NCBI GenBank assembly: GCA_031370005.1
Contig: JANMPT010000025.1
Location: 94,068 to 158,067, forward strand
Source: Bdellovibrionales bacterium
GTDB lineage: Bacteria; Bdellovibrionota; Bdellovibrionia; Bdellovibrionales; Bdellovibrionaceae
Length of the DNA: 64,000 nucleotides
Reading direction: 5' to 3'
Below are positions 31,081 through 41,096 of this stretch, one piece after another (within the stretch, counting starts at the first letter, position 1; every line of letters begins with the position of its first letter). Below the pieces are notes generated by a model. It was not told where the DNA came from and searched no databases. It saw only the letters and a program-made list of their open reading frames with translations. The position numbers were made by a program, and so were the translations under genes.

Positions 31081-32523
31081 TTATTTTTTCCCACCAGGTC
31101 TTGCAGAGCCCGCTCTGCTGCTGGGTGAACTCTCTATAAAGAATGCATCACCCGCATACTCGCCCTTGCAAGCTTGAGTCGCCTCGTGGTCGGCAGCCTT
31201 GAAGGCATCGTAGGTATTGGTGACTTCACTTGTTGTCCCCCGACTAGTTTCGTCAGTTGGCACCGCGCCCAAAGCCAAAATAGAGTTGGATGCGCTCTTG
31301 GATCTCGTTGAGAGGTAAGCCTGTTCATCGGTTAAGGCTTTGTTCTTTGTCTGGGTGGTTTGCTGCAAGCTTTGCAGCTCCGTAGTTGCTCGTTGGATTT
31401 TTTGTTGAAGTGCGGTTTGGGCATTGGTTAAAGTTGTTGCTTCGGCCTGCTTGGCTTGGTCTTCAGTTGCGTTCATTTGGCTGAGCTGAGTCGTTATGTT
31501 GTCAAGATCTGATTGCGCATTTCCGATTTCGTTTTGCGTGGTTTGAATTTTATTATCGGACTCCTGAATAATCTTCATGCGCCCCTGATCAAACTTAACC
31601 ATACATTCTTGAAAAAGATCGTTCAGCTGTTTCTTTTTGATAGAAGCACTTTGGAATTGAGATTGAACATTGCCAGCTACGATAGCGTCGTATTTTTTTC
31701 GTTCATCACGAACTTGGGCCATGCACGTTCTATTGGCTGCGGCTTCGGTAATTTGCGCAAGTGAGTTGTTCTTATCCATGTAAATGGTATTTATATCCTG
31801 ACGTTTGCTCAATATTATTGTTTGTAATTCGCGGACTTTTTTTGCCAAATCAGAGGCTGTTTTTGCATTTTCAGTGGCGCGGTTTCGCTGATCTTCACCT
31901 GTTTTTGTTTGCAACTCTTGATAGTCTTTTTGTGCTGTAGCAATATCTTCTTGGATTTTTTTCACATCCTCAGTGAAGCTTTTATTGAGATCGGCGATAT
32001 CAGTTTTATTTGTTTTAAGGTCTCTATTAATATCTTTAAGATCGGCTTCATATTTGTCTTTTCTTTCAAAATAACCTTGGCCTGAGTATTTAGGACAGCT
32101 GCTACCAACTTTATCTTGGGGAACGCCAAGGGCTCGACTGAAGGCTCCCAATAGATCGCTATTATTCGCATATTCTTCATCTCCGCCAACATCAGCGCAG
32201 GTTTTTGCTAAAGTTTTACATGTCAAGGTCCCTTTGCCAGCACTTGTGCAGGCTTTATAAAAGTCATCCTTTTTTGACAGCGCGGTTCCTTTTGCTGAGC
32301 TGCACGAATCAGTGCTGCTTGAAGCTTGGCATTTGGTATTTACATTATTGCAGTCGCCCCAGTGATCTGTGTTAAATTTTTCATCTTTACACCTTGTAAT
32401 TAAGGCTTTGTCTGCCTGGCTACAATCGGCAAAAGAGTATGAGGCAGCGCTTAAAAGCAAAAGGCTCAAAATGAATGAATTCTGGGCAAATGAACGGAGT
32501 CTAAACACTCTATTCCAATCCAT
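31081..32523 (-). CDS. Secreted Cys-rich, long coiled-coil hypothetical protein
   Basis: AGGAGG RBS, signal peptide ending SFA, Cys-rich N-terminus, Q/K/E/A-rich heptads. Confidence 0.7.
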   Translation of the reverse strand: MDWNRVFRLRSFAQNSFILSLLLLSAASYSFADCSQADKALITRCKDEKFNTDHWGDCNNVNTKCQASSSTDSCSSAKGTALSKKDDFYKACTSAGKGTLTCKTLAKTCADVGGDEEYANNSDLLGAFSRALGVPQDKVGSSCPKYSGQGYFERKDKYEADLKDINRDLKTNKTDIADLNKSFTEDVKKIQEDIATAQKDYQELQTKTGEDQRNRATENAKTASDLAKKVRELQTIILSKRQDINTIYMDKNNSLAQITEAAANRTCMAQVRDERKKYDAIVAGNVQSQFQSASIKKKQLNDLFQECMVKFDQGRMKIIQESDNKIQTTQNEIGNAQSDLDNITTQLSQMNATEDQAKQAEATTLTNAQTALQQKIQRATTELQSLQQTTQTKNKALTDEQAYLSTRSKSASNSILALGAVPTDETSRGTTSEVTNTYDAFKAADHEATQACKGEYAGDAFFIESSPSSRAGSARPGGKK

Positions 32524-32699
32524 AAGAGATCCTCCTGGGTAAACTAACAAGATGCAAAATTGATTCCTTATTATGTCGGGATTTTTACTAAGATAAAAGG
32601 CTCGTCTCAATTCGATACGACCTTAGTCGAGAAGTTGATATGCTAGGACATGTTTTGTCTTTTTGATTTCTGTAGCGATAATATGCTAGGGTTTGCAAT

Positions 32700-32954
32700 A
32701 TGCAAAAAGGCTTTAATTCTGACATAACCGTTCGCGGTCAAAAGTTCCATGTACAGACTGAAGATTGGGGTATGAGAAACCCTTTTTTAGTCAGTAGAAT
32801 TTTTTGTAATGGTGCGGTCATTAAAACCGTGAAAACTTCTTATGAAATCGCCCTCAAGGCTGAGACAATTCGCGAGGAAGAAGCCATCAAAATGGCACTT
32901 CGACGCCAACATACAGATATTCTCGATGTCTTAATGGCCGGCAAAATGCCCTAA
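32700..32954 (+). CDS. Small conserved hypothetical protein upstream of ftsE
   Basis: GFNSDI..FHVQTED motif, which I recall from deltaproteobacterial small proteins. Confidence 0.65.
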   Translation: MQKGFNSDITVRGQKFHVQTEDWGMRNPFLVSRIFCNGAVIKTVKTSYEIALKAETIREEEAIKMALRRQHTDILDVLMAGKMP

Positions 32955-33025
32955 GTACTAGCCTCTTGTCGAGACTAGACCTGAGTACTCTAGGAAACAA
33001 AGCTATACTTCCCTAGAATAAAAAG

Positions 33026-33685
33026 ATGATTGAATTTTCTCACGTTTACAAAACATATCCTGGGCCTGTCCACGCACTCAAAAATATAGATTTGCAAATT
33101 GGTAAGGGAGACTTTGTATTTCTCACGGGCCCAAGTGGCGCGGGGAAAACTTCATTGTTCAAGATGATTTCAGCCTTTGACACGTCGACCTCTGGCCTGG
33201 TGCAAGTGGCTGGCTTTGATATCAATAATTTGAGTAAAAATAAAATTGCTGAATATCGCCGTAAGATCGGTGTGGTTTTCCAAGACTTTCGCCTTCTCAA
33301 AGATCGCACAGTTTTTGAAAATGTGGCATTGCCTTTACAAATTCGTGGGGACCGCCCCTCTGTGATTCAGAGAAGAGTTCAAGAGGTTCTAGAGCAAGTA
33401 GGGCTAGTTCAAAAATACGATCAATTTCCTGAATTCATCTCTGGAGGAGAGCAGCAAAGAACTGCTATTGCCAGAGCCATTGTTCATCAGCCCGGAGTTT
33501 TGATCGCAGATGAGCCCACCGGAAATCTCGATTTGCAACTCAGTGAGGAAATTATGGATCTATTAGAGCGAGTCTGCTCGCAAGGGACGACGGTGCTTGT
33601 CGCAACCCATGATCATGAAATGGTGAAAAGAAGAAGCAAACGAGAGGTTCAACTCAAGGATGGTCTTATTGTGGGTGATCAGTAA
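33026..33685 (+). CDS. ftsE: Cell division ATP-binding protein FtsE
   Basis: GPSGAGK, IGVVFQDFRLL and SGGEQQR motifs; followed by ftsX. Confidence 0.93.
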   Translation: MIEFSHVYKTYPGPVHALKNIDLQIGKGDFVFLTGPSGAGKTSLFKMISAFDTSTSGLVQVAGFDINNLSKNKIAEYRRKIGVVFQDFRLLKDRTVFENVALPLQIRGDRPSVIQRRVQEVLEQVGLVQKYDQFPEFISGGEQQRTAIARAIVHQPGVLIADEPTGNLDLQLSEEIMDLLERVCSQGTTVLVATHDHEMVKRRSKREVQLKDGLIVGDQ

Positions 33686-34605
33686 TGGTGCGCTCATTAT
33701 TTCAGCAACGAGTTGGCAGCCTTAAAAGAAATTGGACTTTGCAATTTTCAACGCTAGTCGTAGTTACTGCGTGTTACCTTGTCGTTTGCATATCAATGTT
33801 GCTGTCACAAAATCTTCGTAAGATCCTTACCGTGTGGGGTGAAGAACTGCAAATGACGGTTTATCTTTCTGAGAACACCGAAGTAGCGGATGTCGAGTCG
33901 TTAAAAAAAACAATTGAAGCAAATCCGAATGTTGGGAAGATTAAATTTATTAGTAAGGAAAAAGCTCTTGAAGACTTTCGTATCCAAATGGCAAGCTACG
34001 CCCCTGATGTTCTGAATGAAAAAGATCTTCTGAGCTTGATTCCCGAAAGCTTTCAAGTGTCACTGAGCGAGTCATTAAAAGCCGTGGATCATTTAAAAAT
34101 TCTCGACACCTTAGCGGGAACTCTTAAAAATGAAAAAGCCGTTGCTGAAGTTAGCTATGGTCAAGATTGGGTGCAAAAATACGGTCAGTTTTTATATTAT
34201 TTTGAAAAAATCTGTCAAGCATTGGGAATTATTATTTTTTGCGCTGCACTTTTTGTGCTTTCGAATGTGATTCGTGCTTCGGTTCAATCTCGTCGCCAAG
34301 AAATTGAGGTTTTAGAGCTTATTGGCGCGACGCCTGCAATGATTCGTCGTCCCTTTATGGTTGAAGGTGCACTGATCGGCTTGGCATCATCAGTAATGGC
34401 GGTCGGGGCGGCTTATTTTGCCTATATGAATGTAGTAAAGATTTTTGAAAGCGAACTGCATTTTTTGCAGCTGAGTCAGCATTTGCATTTCTTAGGTATT
34501 GAACTAGTTGTTTTCTTTTGCCTAGCAGGAACTCTGTTAGGGGCTCTTGGGTCTTATCTTTGTGTTCTCCAGATCAACAATGGTTGGGCGGCGCGAAGCC
34601 TATGA
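33685..34605 (+). CDS. ftsX: Cell division permease FtsX
   Basis: Four TM helices; RRQEIEVLELIGAT..IRRPF..EG motif. Confidence 0.9.
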   Translation: MVRSLFQQRVGSLKRNWTLQFSTLVVVTACYLVVCISMLLSQNLRKILTVWGEELQMTVYLSENTEVADVESLKKTIEANPNVGKIKFISKEKALEDFRIQMASYAPDVLNEKDLLSLIPESFQVSLSESLKAVDHLKILDTLAGTLKNEKAVAEVSYGQDWVQKYGQFLYYFEKICQALGIIIFCAALFVLSNVIRASVQSRRQEIEVLELIGATPAMIRRPFMVEGALIGLASSVMAVGAAYFAYMNVVKIFESELHFLQLSQHLHFLGIELVVFFCLAGTLLGALGSYLCVLQINNGWAARSL

Positions 34606-35723
34606 TTAGAAGCTTTGTGATGTTATTTTTCTATGCATCTTTTGCTTTGGCAGAAATCCCTGTGAATGATGCGAATTTAGAGAAGATCGCAAAGGACATG
34701 CAGGCGGCAAAAGAGAATCTCGAGATTCAGGAGTTTAGACAAAAGAAAGTCCTAACTGCACTGTATAGTATTAATAAAAACCTGAAAAAGCTTGTTAGTG
34801 AAAAATCAAATCTCGAACAACAGCGAAACATCACGGACCTTCAGATTCAGCAGCTAAATAAGAAAATTATAGAGAACGACAAACAGGCCATGCTCCAAAA
34901 ACTGCAACTAACCGATCGTTTGCGTGCTATTTATAAACTTAAGGGGCCCACATTAACGCGCTTTTTATTTGAGGCCAAGAGTTCTTCGGATCTGGAAAGA
35001 AATCTTAAGATCTTGAGTGTTGTCGCCAAAAGAGATTTTACGCTTATAAAATCCTATAGAAAATCGGTTAATGATCTTCGTTATCGGAAGGACAGCCTGA
35101 CTCAGAAATTGGAGTCTTTAAAAGATGTGGAATTGAGTCTTCAAATTTACGAAAAGAAGTTACAAAAAGAGATTTTTCAAAAAAATAACATTCTTGCCGG
35201 GATTCGGCGCTCGAAGTTGTTCACACAAGATCAGATTAAGTCTTTAAAAGATAAATCATTGAACTATGACATTGTGGATTCCGGCCTGATGGATCTTTTA
35301 CTAAGACCATCTTTTGAGGGACAAAAAGGCAATCTACCTAGACCAGCACATGGTCTAGTGGTGAAAACATTTGGCCTGCTGAAGTCGCCAGATCAGCCCT
35401 ATGTTCTTAGTAACAAAGGCCTTTTCATTGCCGTGACCCCCGGCAGCCCCGTCCGAGCAGTTTTTAGCGGAGTGGTATCATTTGCAGGAAGTTTGCCTGG
35501 CCTTGGCCAAGTTTTAATACTCGATCACGGAGATCATTACTATACTGTCTATGGAAATAATGCGGACTTACGTGTTCAGCTTGGACAAGAAGTAGCGCAA
35601 ACGCAGGTCATTGCAAACAGTGGACGAAGCAGTTTTGACCAGCAAAGTGGATTATATTTTGAAGTCCGACATTTTTCAGAGCCCTACAATCCGATGGAAT
35701 GGGTGAAAGGATTCAGCCAATGA
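34602..35723 (+). CDS. envC: Murein hydrolase activator EnvC (coiled coil + degenerate M23)
   Basis: Coiled coil; M23 domain lacking the Zn ligands (NKGLFI, YGNN, LYFEVR); follows ftsEX. Confidence 0.85.
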   Translation: MIRSFVMLFFYASFALAEIPVNDANLEKIAKDMQAAKENLEIQEFRQKKVLTALYSINKNLKKLVSEKSNLEQQRNITDLQIQQLNKKIIENDKQAMLQKLQLTDRLRAIYKLKGPTLTRFLFEAKSSSDLERNLKILSVVAKRDFTLIKSYRKSVNDLRYRKDSLTQKLESLKDVELSLQIYEKKLQKEIFQKNNILAGIRRSKLFTQDQIKSLKDKSLNYDIVDSGLMDLLLRPSFEGQKGNLPRPAHGLVVKTFGLLKSPDQPYVLSNKGLFIAVTPGSPVRAVFSGVVSFAGSLPGLGQVLILDHGDHYYTVYGNNADLRVQLGQEVAQTQVIANSGRSSFDQQSGLYFEVRHFSEPYNPMEWVKGFSQ

Positions 35724-37108
35724 AGACATTTATACTAAAGTGGAAAACGTTTATACTCGCATTTGCACTGCTTTTATCGCTGTTCATGATGGCCGAGGCG
35801 GGATTTCAAGTGAGAGCTTTCGCCCAAGATCGCTACGCGGACTTGCAAAACTTCACCAAGGTTTTGAATTTAGTGGAGCAATATTATGTCGAAGAGGTTG
35901 ATACCAAAAAACTTCTTTATGGCGCTATCAAAGGTATGCTTCGTGAGCTGGATCCTCATACAAACTTTATGCCTCCAGATATTTTTAAGGACTTCGAAAC
36001 CGAAACCACTGGCGAGTTTGGCGGTTTGGGAATTGAAATCTCTGTAACAAATGGAATTCTTACAATCATTTCGCCGATCGAAGATACTCCAGCATGGGAG
36101 GCCGGGATCAAGCCTGGTGACAAAGTCATAGCAGTAGACGGTCATAGCACAAAGGGTCTGAGCTTGGTTGAGGCTTCACAATTGATGAAGGGAAAAAGAG
36201 GTACAAAAGTTGTTTTGCGTATTGTTCGCGACAGCGAAGATGAACCTAAAGATATAGCGATCACTCGTGGCAGCGTTAAAATTAAATCAGTGAAGTATAC
36301 GAATCTTGACGATGGTTATGCATACATAAAAATTACTAGTTTTATTGAGAACACGGCGAAGGATTTAGAAAAAGCAATTGATGCCCATATTAAGAATAAT
36401 AAAAAAATGGAGGGCCTGGTTATCGACATGCGCCGGAATCCGGGTGGTTTGTTGGATCAAGCAGTAAAAGTTAGCGATATGTTTTTAAAAGAAGGAATTA
36501 TAGTTAGTACGATTGGTCGAAATAAAAAAGATAAAGAAGTTTTATCAGCCTCTAAAAAAGGTCGTTTTACTGATTTTCCAGTAATTATCCTTGTGAATGA
36601 ATACACGGCTTCAGCAAGCGAGATCGTTTCAGGAGCCCTTCAAGACAATAAGCGCGCCTTGATTGCTGGTCAGCGCACCTTTGGAAAGGGTTCTGTTCAG
36701 TCAGTTGTGAAGCTCGGTGATGGAAGCGGTTTAAAATTAACCGTGGCACGCTATTATACTCCAAGTGGTATCAGCATTCAGGCGGAGGGCATCAAACCGG
36801 ATATTGAAATCGAAGATGTAGATCCAGAAGCTTTTTCGAAGTCTATATTGAAATCCAAACCGACTCGTGAAAAAGATATTGCTGGCCACTTGCAAAACGA
36901 GCATGAAAAAGACACCGAGAGGGCAGAGAAAAAACTTGATTTAAGACCTAAAGATCCAAGCAATGCATTGGCCTGGTGGAAAGACGTTGGTAATAAGAAG
37001 GGCGAAAGTCTCACGCCGCGTGAGAAACTTTTTAGGAATGATTACCAAGTTTACCAATCGTTCTCATACTTGAAGGCTTGGAAAACTCTGAGGTCACTGG
37101 CGCGCTGA
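35720..37108 (+). CDS. ctpA: C-terminal processing protease (S41 family)
   Basis: LDPHT, PDZ GGLGI, DMRRNPGG, ASASEI and TFGKGSVQ motifs. Confidence 0.92.
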   Translation: MKTFILKWKTFILAFALLLSLFMMAEAGFQVRAFAQDRYADLQNFTKVLNLVEQYYVEEVDTKKLLYGAIKGMLRELDPHTNFMPPDIFKDFETETTGEFGGLGIEISVTNGILTIISPIEDTPAWEAGIKPGDKVIAVDGHSTKGLSLVEASQLMKGKRGTKVVLRIVRDSEDEPKDIAITRGSVKIKSVKYTNLDDGYAYIKITSFIENTAKDLEKAIDAHIKNNKKMEGLVIDMRRNPGGLLDQAVKVSDMFLKEGIIVSTIGRNKKDKEVLSASKKGRFTDFPVIILVNEYTASASEIVSGALQDNKRALIAGQRTFGKGSVQSVVKLGDGSGLKLTVARYYTPSGISIQAEGIKPDIEIEDVDPEAFSKSILKSKPTREKDIAGHLQNEHEKDTERAEKKLDLRPKDPSNALAWWKDVGNKKGESLTPREKLFRNDYQVYQSFSYLKAWKTLRSLAR

Positions 37109-37170
37109 GCCACTTGAGATTGCTATTTCCAGTTAAGCACTTTAGTCTAGCGCCGGAATTGAGGCTCTAA

Positions 37171-37728
37171 ATGAAGAAATTGATTTTGATATTTATAATC
37201 CTGGGTTTTGCTGCTGCGACAAGGGCTGAAGCAACAGGTTTCACGTTGGGAAATCAGTTTTACTCGATTCATCTTCATGGACGCGTCGAGGTCTATTGCG
37301 GCGCTGAGAATATGGCAATCTATACATGCAATGATATAGTTTTAGATCCGGCAAGCTATGACTATTTTATTGGTCCAAAAGGCATCAAAGCCGAAAATAT
37401 TTTTCTGACGAATACCAGGGCGGATGGAAGTCAACGCAGCCGAAATGGAGTATACAATTCGAGTATTTCACGCAGTGCAGATGCCTTTAATTTATGGATT
37501 TCAACACCCTTCCAAAGACCTTTGCTGGCACTCGGTGTAAATAAAATTGATTATAAGTTAGTAAGTACTGGAAAAATCGCAAATCAGGGGAGTTTTTCTG
37601 TAAACATAACCCATGGTGAGCCAAGGACTTGTCCAACAACATATTATAACTCTACAGATATCAATGACTGCCAATCGCAGTACACTATTTGCCAAAAATA
37701 CTTCGAGCAATATGACTATTGCCGTTAG
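37171..37728 (+). CDS. Secreted Cys-containing hypothetical protein
   Basis: Sec signal peptide; six Cys. Confidence 0.7.
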   Translation: MKKLILIFIILGFAAATRAEATGFTLGNQFYSIHLHGRVEVYCGAENMAIYTCNDIVLDPASYDYFIGPKGIKAENIFLTNTRADGSQRSRNGVYNSSISRSADAFNLWISTPFQRPLLALGVNKIDYKLVSTGKIANQGSFSVNITHGEPRTCPTTYYNSTDINDCQSQYTICQKYFEQYDYCR

Positions 37729-39038
37729 TTTTTCTCATCTTTGAGTTGATCAGCAGGAACCTCTTTGATGTTTATTTTCTCACTTAAGAAATTAATGACT
37801 TTTTCCTCAGTGATCATATAGCTCAAGCGGCTCGTTTGCTCTGGTCGTCCATAAAACTCGCGTATGCGAGCCTCTTCGATTCCCGTTTGGGCAGTATATT
37901 CCTGAAGTTTTTTATCAAGATCGGCCTCTTTGCAGTGAAGGTCATGTTTTCGCGCTACTGCATCTACTAAGAAACTGGATTGGATCATCTCAGCTGCAGT
38001 TTTCTCAAAATCATTATCCCACTTTGTAACGTAATCTTGAAAATCAGCTGGGGACATGCCCTGCTCATTCATTTTCTTTTTGAAGTCTTCGATCAATGAA
38101 TTTTTTTGATCCTTCAGAAGTGAAGGTGGGACTCCCACAGGGTTTTCTTGCACCATTTTTTTAAGAAGTCGATTTTTGAAGGCGTCCTCTATGCGTTTTT
38201 TCTCGGTGTTTTCAAGGTCCTCGCGGATCGTTTTTTTCAATTCTTCAAGACTTGTTGGGCTGCCCAAGGTTGATAAAAACTCATCAGTTAGCTCCGGCAA
38301 GACCTTCATTTTTAAACCAGTGAGTTTCACTTTGAACTCAACTGCTTTTCCTGACAAATCAGCAGAGTGGTAGGGGGTCGGGAATTTCAGATTCAAAGTT
38401 TTTGAATCTCCGACCTTCATGCCGATAACACCGTCCTCGAAGCCTTCGATAAATTGTTTGGCGCCAAGTTCAAGATTGTGATTTGTGCCTGTGCCGTTTT
38501 CAAGTGGCTTGCCGTCGACAAGACCTTCGAAATCAATAATTGCGACATCGCCCATTTGAGCGGGACGAATCTCAAGCACCTCCTCAAGGGAGGCACGGGA
38601 GCTGCGAATGTTCTGAAGAACTTCATCAATTTTTTTGTCGTCGAAAGCAAACTTTTCTTTTTCAACTTCGAGACCTTCATATTTTTTCAAATTCACATCT
38701 GGACGAACATCAAAAGAAGCGGAGAATGAGAAATCTTTTGCTTCAGCAGGAGTATCGAATTCGAACTCTGGGTTGCTAATGGGGTCAAGTTTGTGCTCTG
38801 TTAGAGCTTTGATGTAATGCATCTGGATCAACTCCTGAGCCACATCTTGTTTTACTCGGTCCGTATACATGCTCTTGATGGTTGCAAGAGGAGCTTTGCC
38901 TTTACGGAAACCTTTTATGCTTACTTCTTTTTGAATATTGCTAAAGATTCTGTTGAAAGCTGTTTGCACAACCTCCACAGGAACTTGAATGTGGACTTTA
39001 TGGTGAAGAGAAGAAACTTTCTCGACATTTGTTTTCAT
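37725..39038 (-). CDS. tig: Trigger factor
   Basis: GFRKGKAP ribosome-binding motif; FKBP domain (FIEGFE, FPTPYH). Confidence 0.95.
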   Translation of the reverse strand: MKTNVEKVSSLHHKVHIQVPVEVVQTAFNRIFSNIQKEVSIKGFRKGKAPLATIKSMYTDRVKQDVAQELIQMHYIKALTEHKLDPISNPEFEFDTPAEAKDFSFSASFDVRPDVNLKKYEGLEVEKEKFAFDDKKIDEVLQNIRSSRASLEEVLEIRPAQMGDVAIIDFEGLVDGKPLENGTGTNHNLELGAKQFIEGFEDGVIGMKVGDSKTLNLKFPTPYHSADLSGKAVEFKVKLTGLKMKVLPELTDEFLSTLGSPTSLEELKKTIREDLENTEKKRIEDAFKNRLLKKMVQENPVGVPPSLLKDQKNSLIEDFKKKMNEQGMSPADFQDYVTKWDNDFEKTAAEMIQSSFLVDAVARKHDLHCKEADLDKKLQEYTAQTGIEEARIREFYGRPEQTSRLSYMITEEKVINFLSEKINIKEVPADQLKDEKN

Positions 39039-39166
39039 GAGATCTCCTCAGTTTTGCGGCAGCGTCAAAATGAACCGGGATACTAGAAGATTGCTCTTTG
39101 AATAGCAAGCAATTGTCGCCACGCGCAATGCCTTAGATTCTAAGCTCAGCGACACTTAAAAAACCT

Positions 39167-40039
39167 ATGGATTCAGAAATTATCTTTGTGACCGGTAAAG
39201 GAGGGGTGGGAAAGTCCACCGTGGCGGCAGCATTGGCTATGAAAAAAGCCCAGGCCGGCCAGCGAACTCTACTTGTTGAAATAGGGGATCAGAGCTTTTA
39301 CAAAGACTATTTTCAGCTACCAAAAATTGGTTTTGAACCGGTAAGACTACGAGAAAATTTTTCAGTGGCACTATGGACTGGGCAAAATTGTTTGCGGGAA
39401 TATATTATCCATCTGATCAAGGTTGAGGCTCTTTACCAGTTGTTCTTTGAAAACGCTGTTATGAAGGCCTTTACCAATGTGGCCCCGGCATTGCCAGAGC
39501 TCGCCATTATGGGGAAGGCAACCAGCGGTGTCCGTCATCATGGACCGCCACTTAACTATGATTGTATTGTAATGGACTGTTATGCTACTGGGCATTTCAT
39601 GGCCTTAATTAGCGCAGCAGAAGGCATGGCCATGGCAGTGAAATTTGGCCCAATGGGAGATCAGAGCCGCAATATAGACAAGGTGCTTCGCAACCCAAAA
39701 ATTTGTCAATACTACTTAGTCTGTCTTCCTGAAGAGTTGCCAGTGCGGGAAAGCGAAGAGCTTTACGATAAGCTCAAAAAACATTATGGCATTCAATCCA
39801 AATTGATACTCAATAAATTTCTTGGTGAAGAATTCTCGGCGAACGAATACGTTTCGGCTCAGAAAGCCTCAACTGAGGAGTTCCGCAGCTTCGCAGAAAA
39901 TGATAAAAAAAATCGCAATCAGCATCGTGAGATGAAAGCGCGTTTACAGCTTATCGATCCGCAGTTGCAGTGCTTGCCATCAATTTGGGAACACGAGGCA
40001 GAACAAATTTTGATTCAACTCAGTGCGCGGTTATTATGA
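39167..40039 (+). CDS. ArsA/Get3-family ATPase, subunit 1
   Basis: GKGGVGKST and DCYATGH motifs. Confidence 0.82.
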   Translation: MDSEIIFVTGKGGVGKSTVAAALAMKKAQAGQRTLLVEIGDQSFYKDYFQLPKIGFEPVRLRENFSVALWTGQNCLREYIIHLIKVEALYQLFFENAVMKAFTNVAPALPELAIMGKATSGVRHHGPPLNYDCIVMDCYATGHFMALISAAEGMAMAVKFGPMGDQSRNIDKVLRNPKICQYYLVCLPEELPVRESEELYDKLKKHYGIQSKLILNKFLGEEFSANEYVSAQKASTEEFRSFAENDKKNRNQHREMKARLQLIDPQLQCLPSIWEHEAEQILIQLSARLL

Positions 40040-41094
40040 AAATATTTGTCTGCGTTGGCAATGGCGGAGTCGGAAAAACCACACTGGCAGCGGCCATGGG
40101 GGTCCGCGCGGCTCAACAGGGTTTAAAGGTCTTAGTTTTGACCATTGACCCCGCAAAGCGCTTGGCGACGACTCTCGGAATTGAAGGTGAAAAAGATATC
40201 ACACGGGTTCCAGATCAAAATTTTAAGGGTGAGCTTTTCGCTTCAGTCGTTGATCACAAAAAAACTTTTGATGATTTCGTTTTAAGAGCAGCGAAAAAAT
40301 CAGAATCGGCAAAAAGCCTTTTTCAAAATAAACTGTACCAACAGTTATCAACTAGCCTAAGTGGTTCTCAAGACTTTACGGCACTTGAAAAGCTTTACTC
40401 ATGTTTTGAGTCTAACGAATTTGATTTGATTATTTTAGATACACCGCCAGCAAAACATGCGATTGACTTCTTAAATGCGCCTCAAAAGTTGTCGGTTCTT
40501 TTTAATGACAAGGTGGCGCGCTGGTTCCGCGAGTCTAAAAACAGCTCTGTTACCGGTGTTTTTTTAAATCTTTTGAATACAGGAACGAAACAAGTTCTTA
40601 ACATCATGGAATCTGTGACTGGCAGTGAGTTACTGAAAGAACTCTCTGATTTCTTTCTTAGTATTGAGCAATGGCAAGGCCACCTCGAAGAACGTATCGC
40701 CAACGTTCATCGAATGATGGTCAGTTCCGACACGCAATTTTTTCTAGTTACAAGTTTTGATCAAGCAAAACTCCTCGAGGCCGAATATTTTTTACGTGAA
40801 ATTCGAAAGGGTGGGTATAATCTTCAGTCGGTGATACTGAATCGCGCATTCCCAGAGTGGTTTTCTATTCAGGAAAGGCCGCTAGCGGAAGCGCCGACGG
40901 GATGCGAAAAAATTTTTTCGTTATATCAGAAGGAAAAGTCTTTTTATCTTCAGCAGGATCGCGAACACGAGAACTTTGTAGCGAAGCTCGGTAAAGACGT
41001 TCATGTGCTAAGACTTCCTGAAGTTTCTGAGCCTATTTCAGACCTCCAAGGTCTGATTAAGTTGGCTGAAATTTTGAAAGAAAAAGGAGATTAA
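40036..41094 (+). CDS. ArsA/Get3-family ATPase, subunit 2
   Basis: GNGGVGKTT, TIDPAKRLA and LDTPP motifs; ATGA overlap with subunit 1. Confidence 0.85.
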   Translation: MKIFVCVGNGGVGKTTLAAAMGVRAAQQGLKVLVLTIDPAKRLATTLGIEGEKDITRVPDQNFKGELFASVVDHKKTFDDFVLRAAKKSESAKSLFQNKLYQQLSTSLSGSQDFTALEKLYSCFESNEFDLIILDTPPAKHAIDFLNAPQKLSVLFNDKVARWFRESKNSSVTGVFLNLLNTGTKQVLNIMESVTGSELLKELSDFFLSIEQWQGHLEERIANVHRMMVSSDTQFFLVTSFDQAKLLEAEYFLREIRKGGYNLQSVILNRAFPEWFSIQERPLAEAPTGCEKIFSLYQKEKSFYLQQDREHENFVAKLGKDVHVLRLPEVSEPISDLQGLIKLAEILKEKGD

Positions 41095-41096
41095 GG

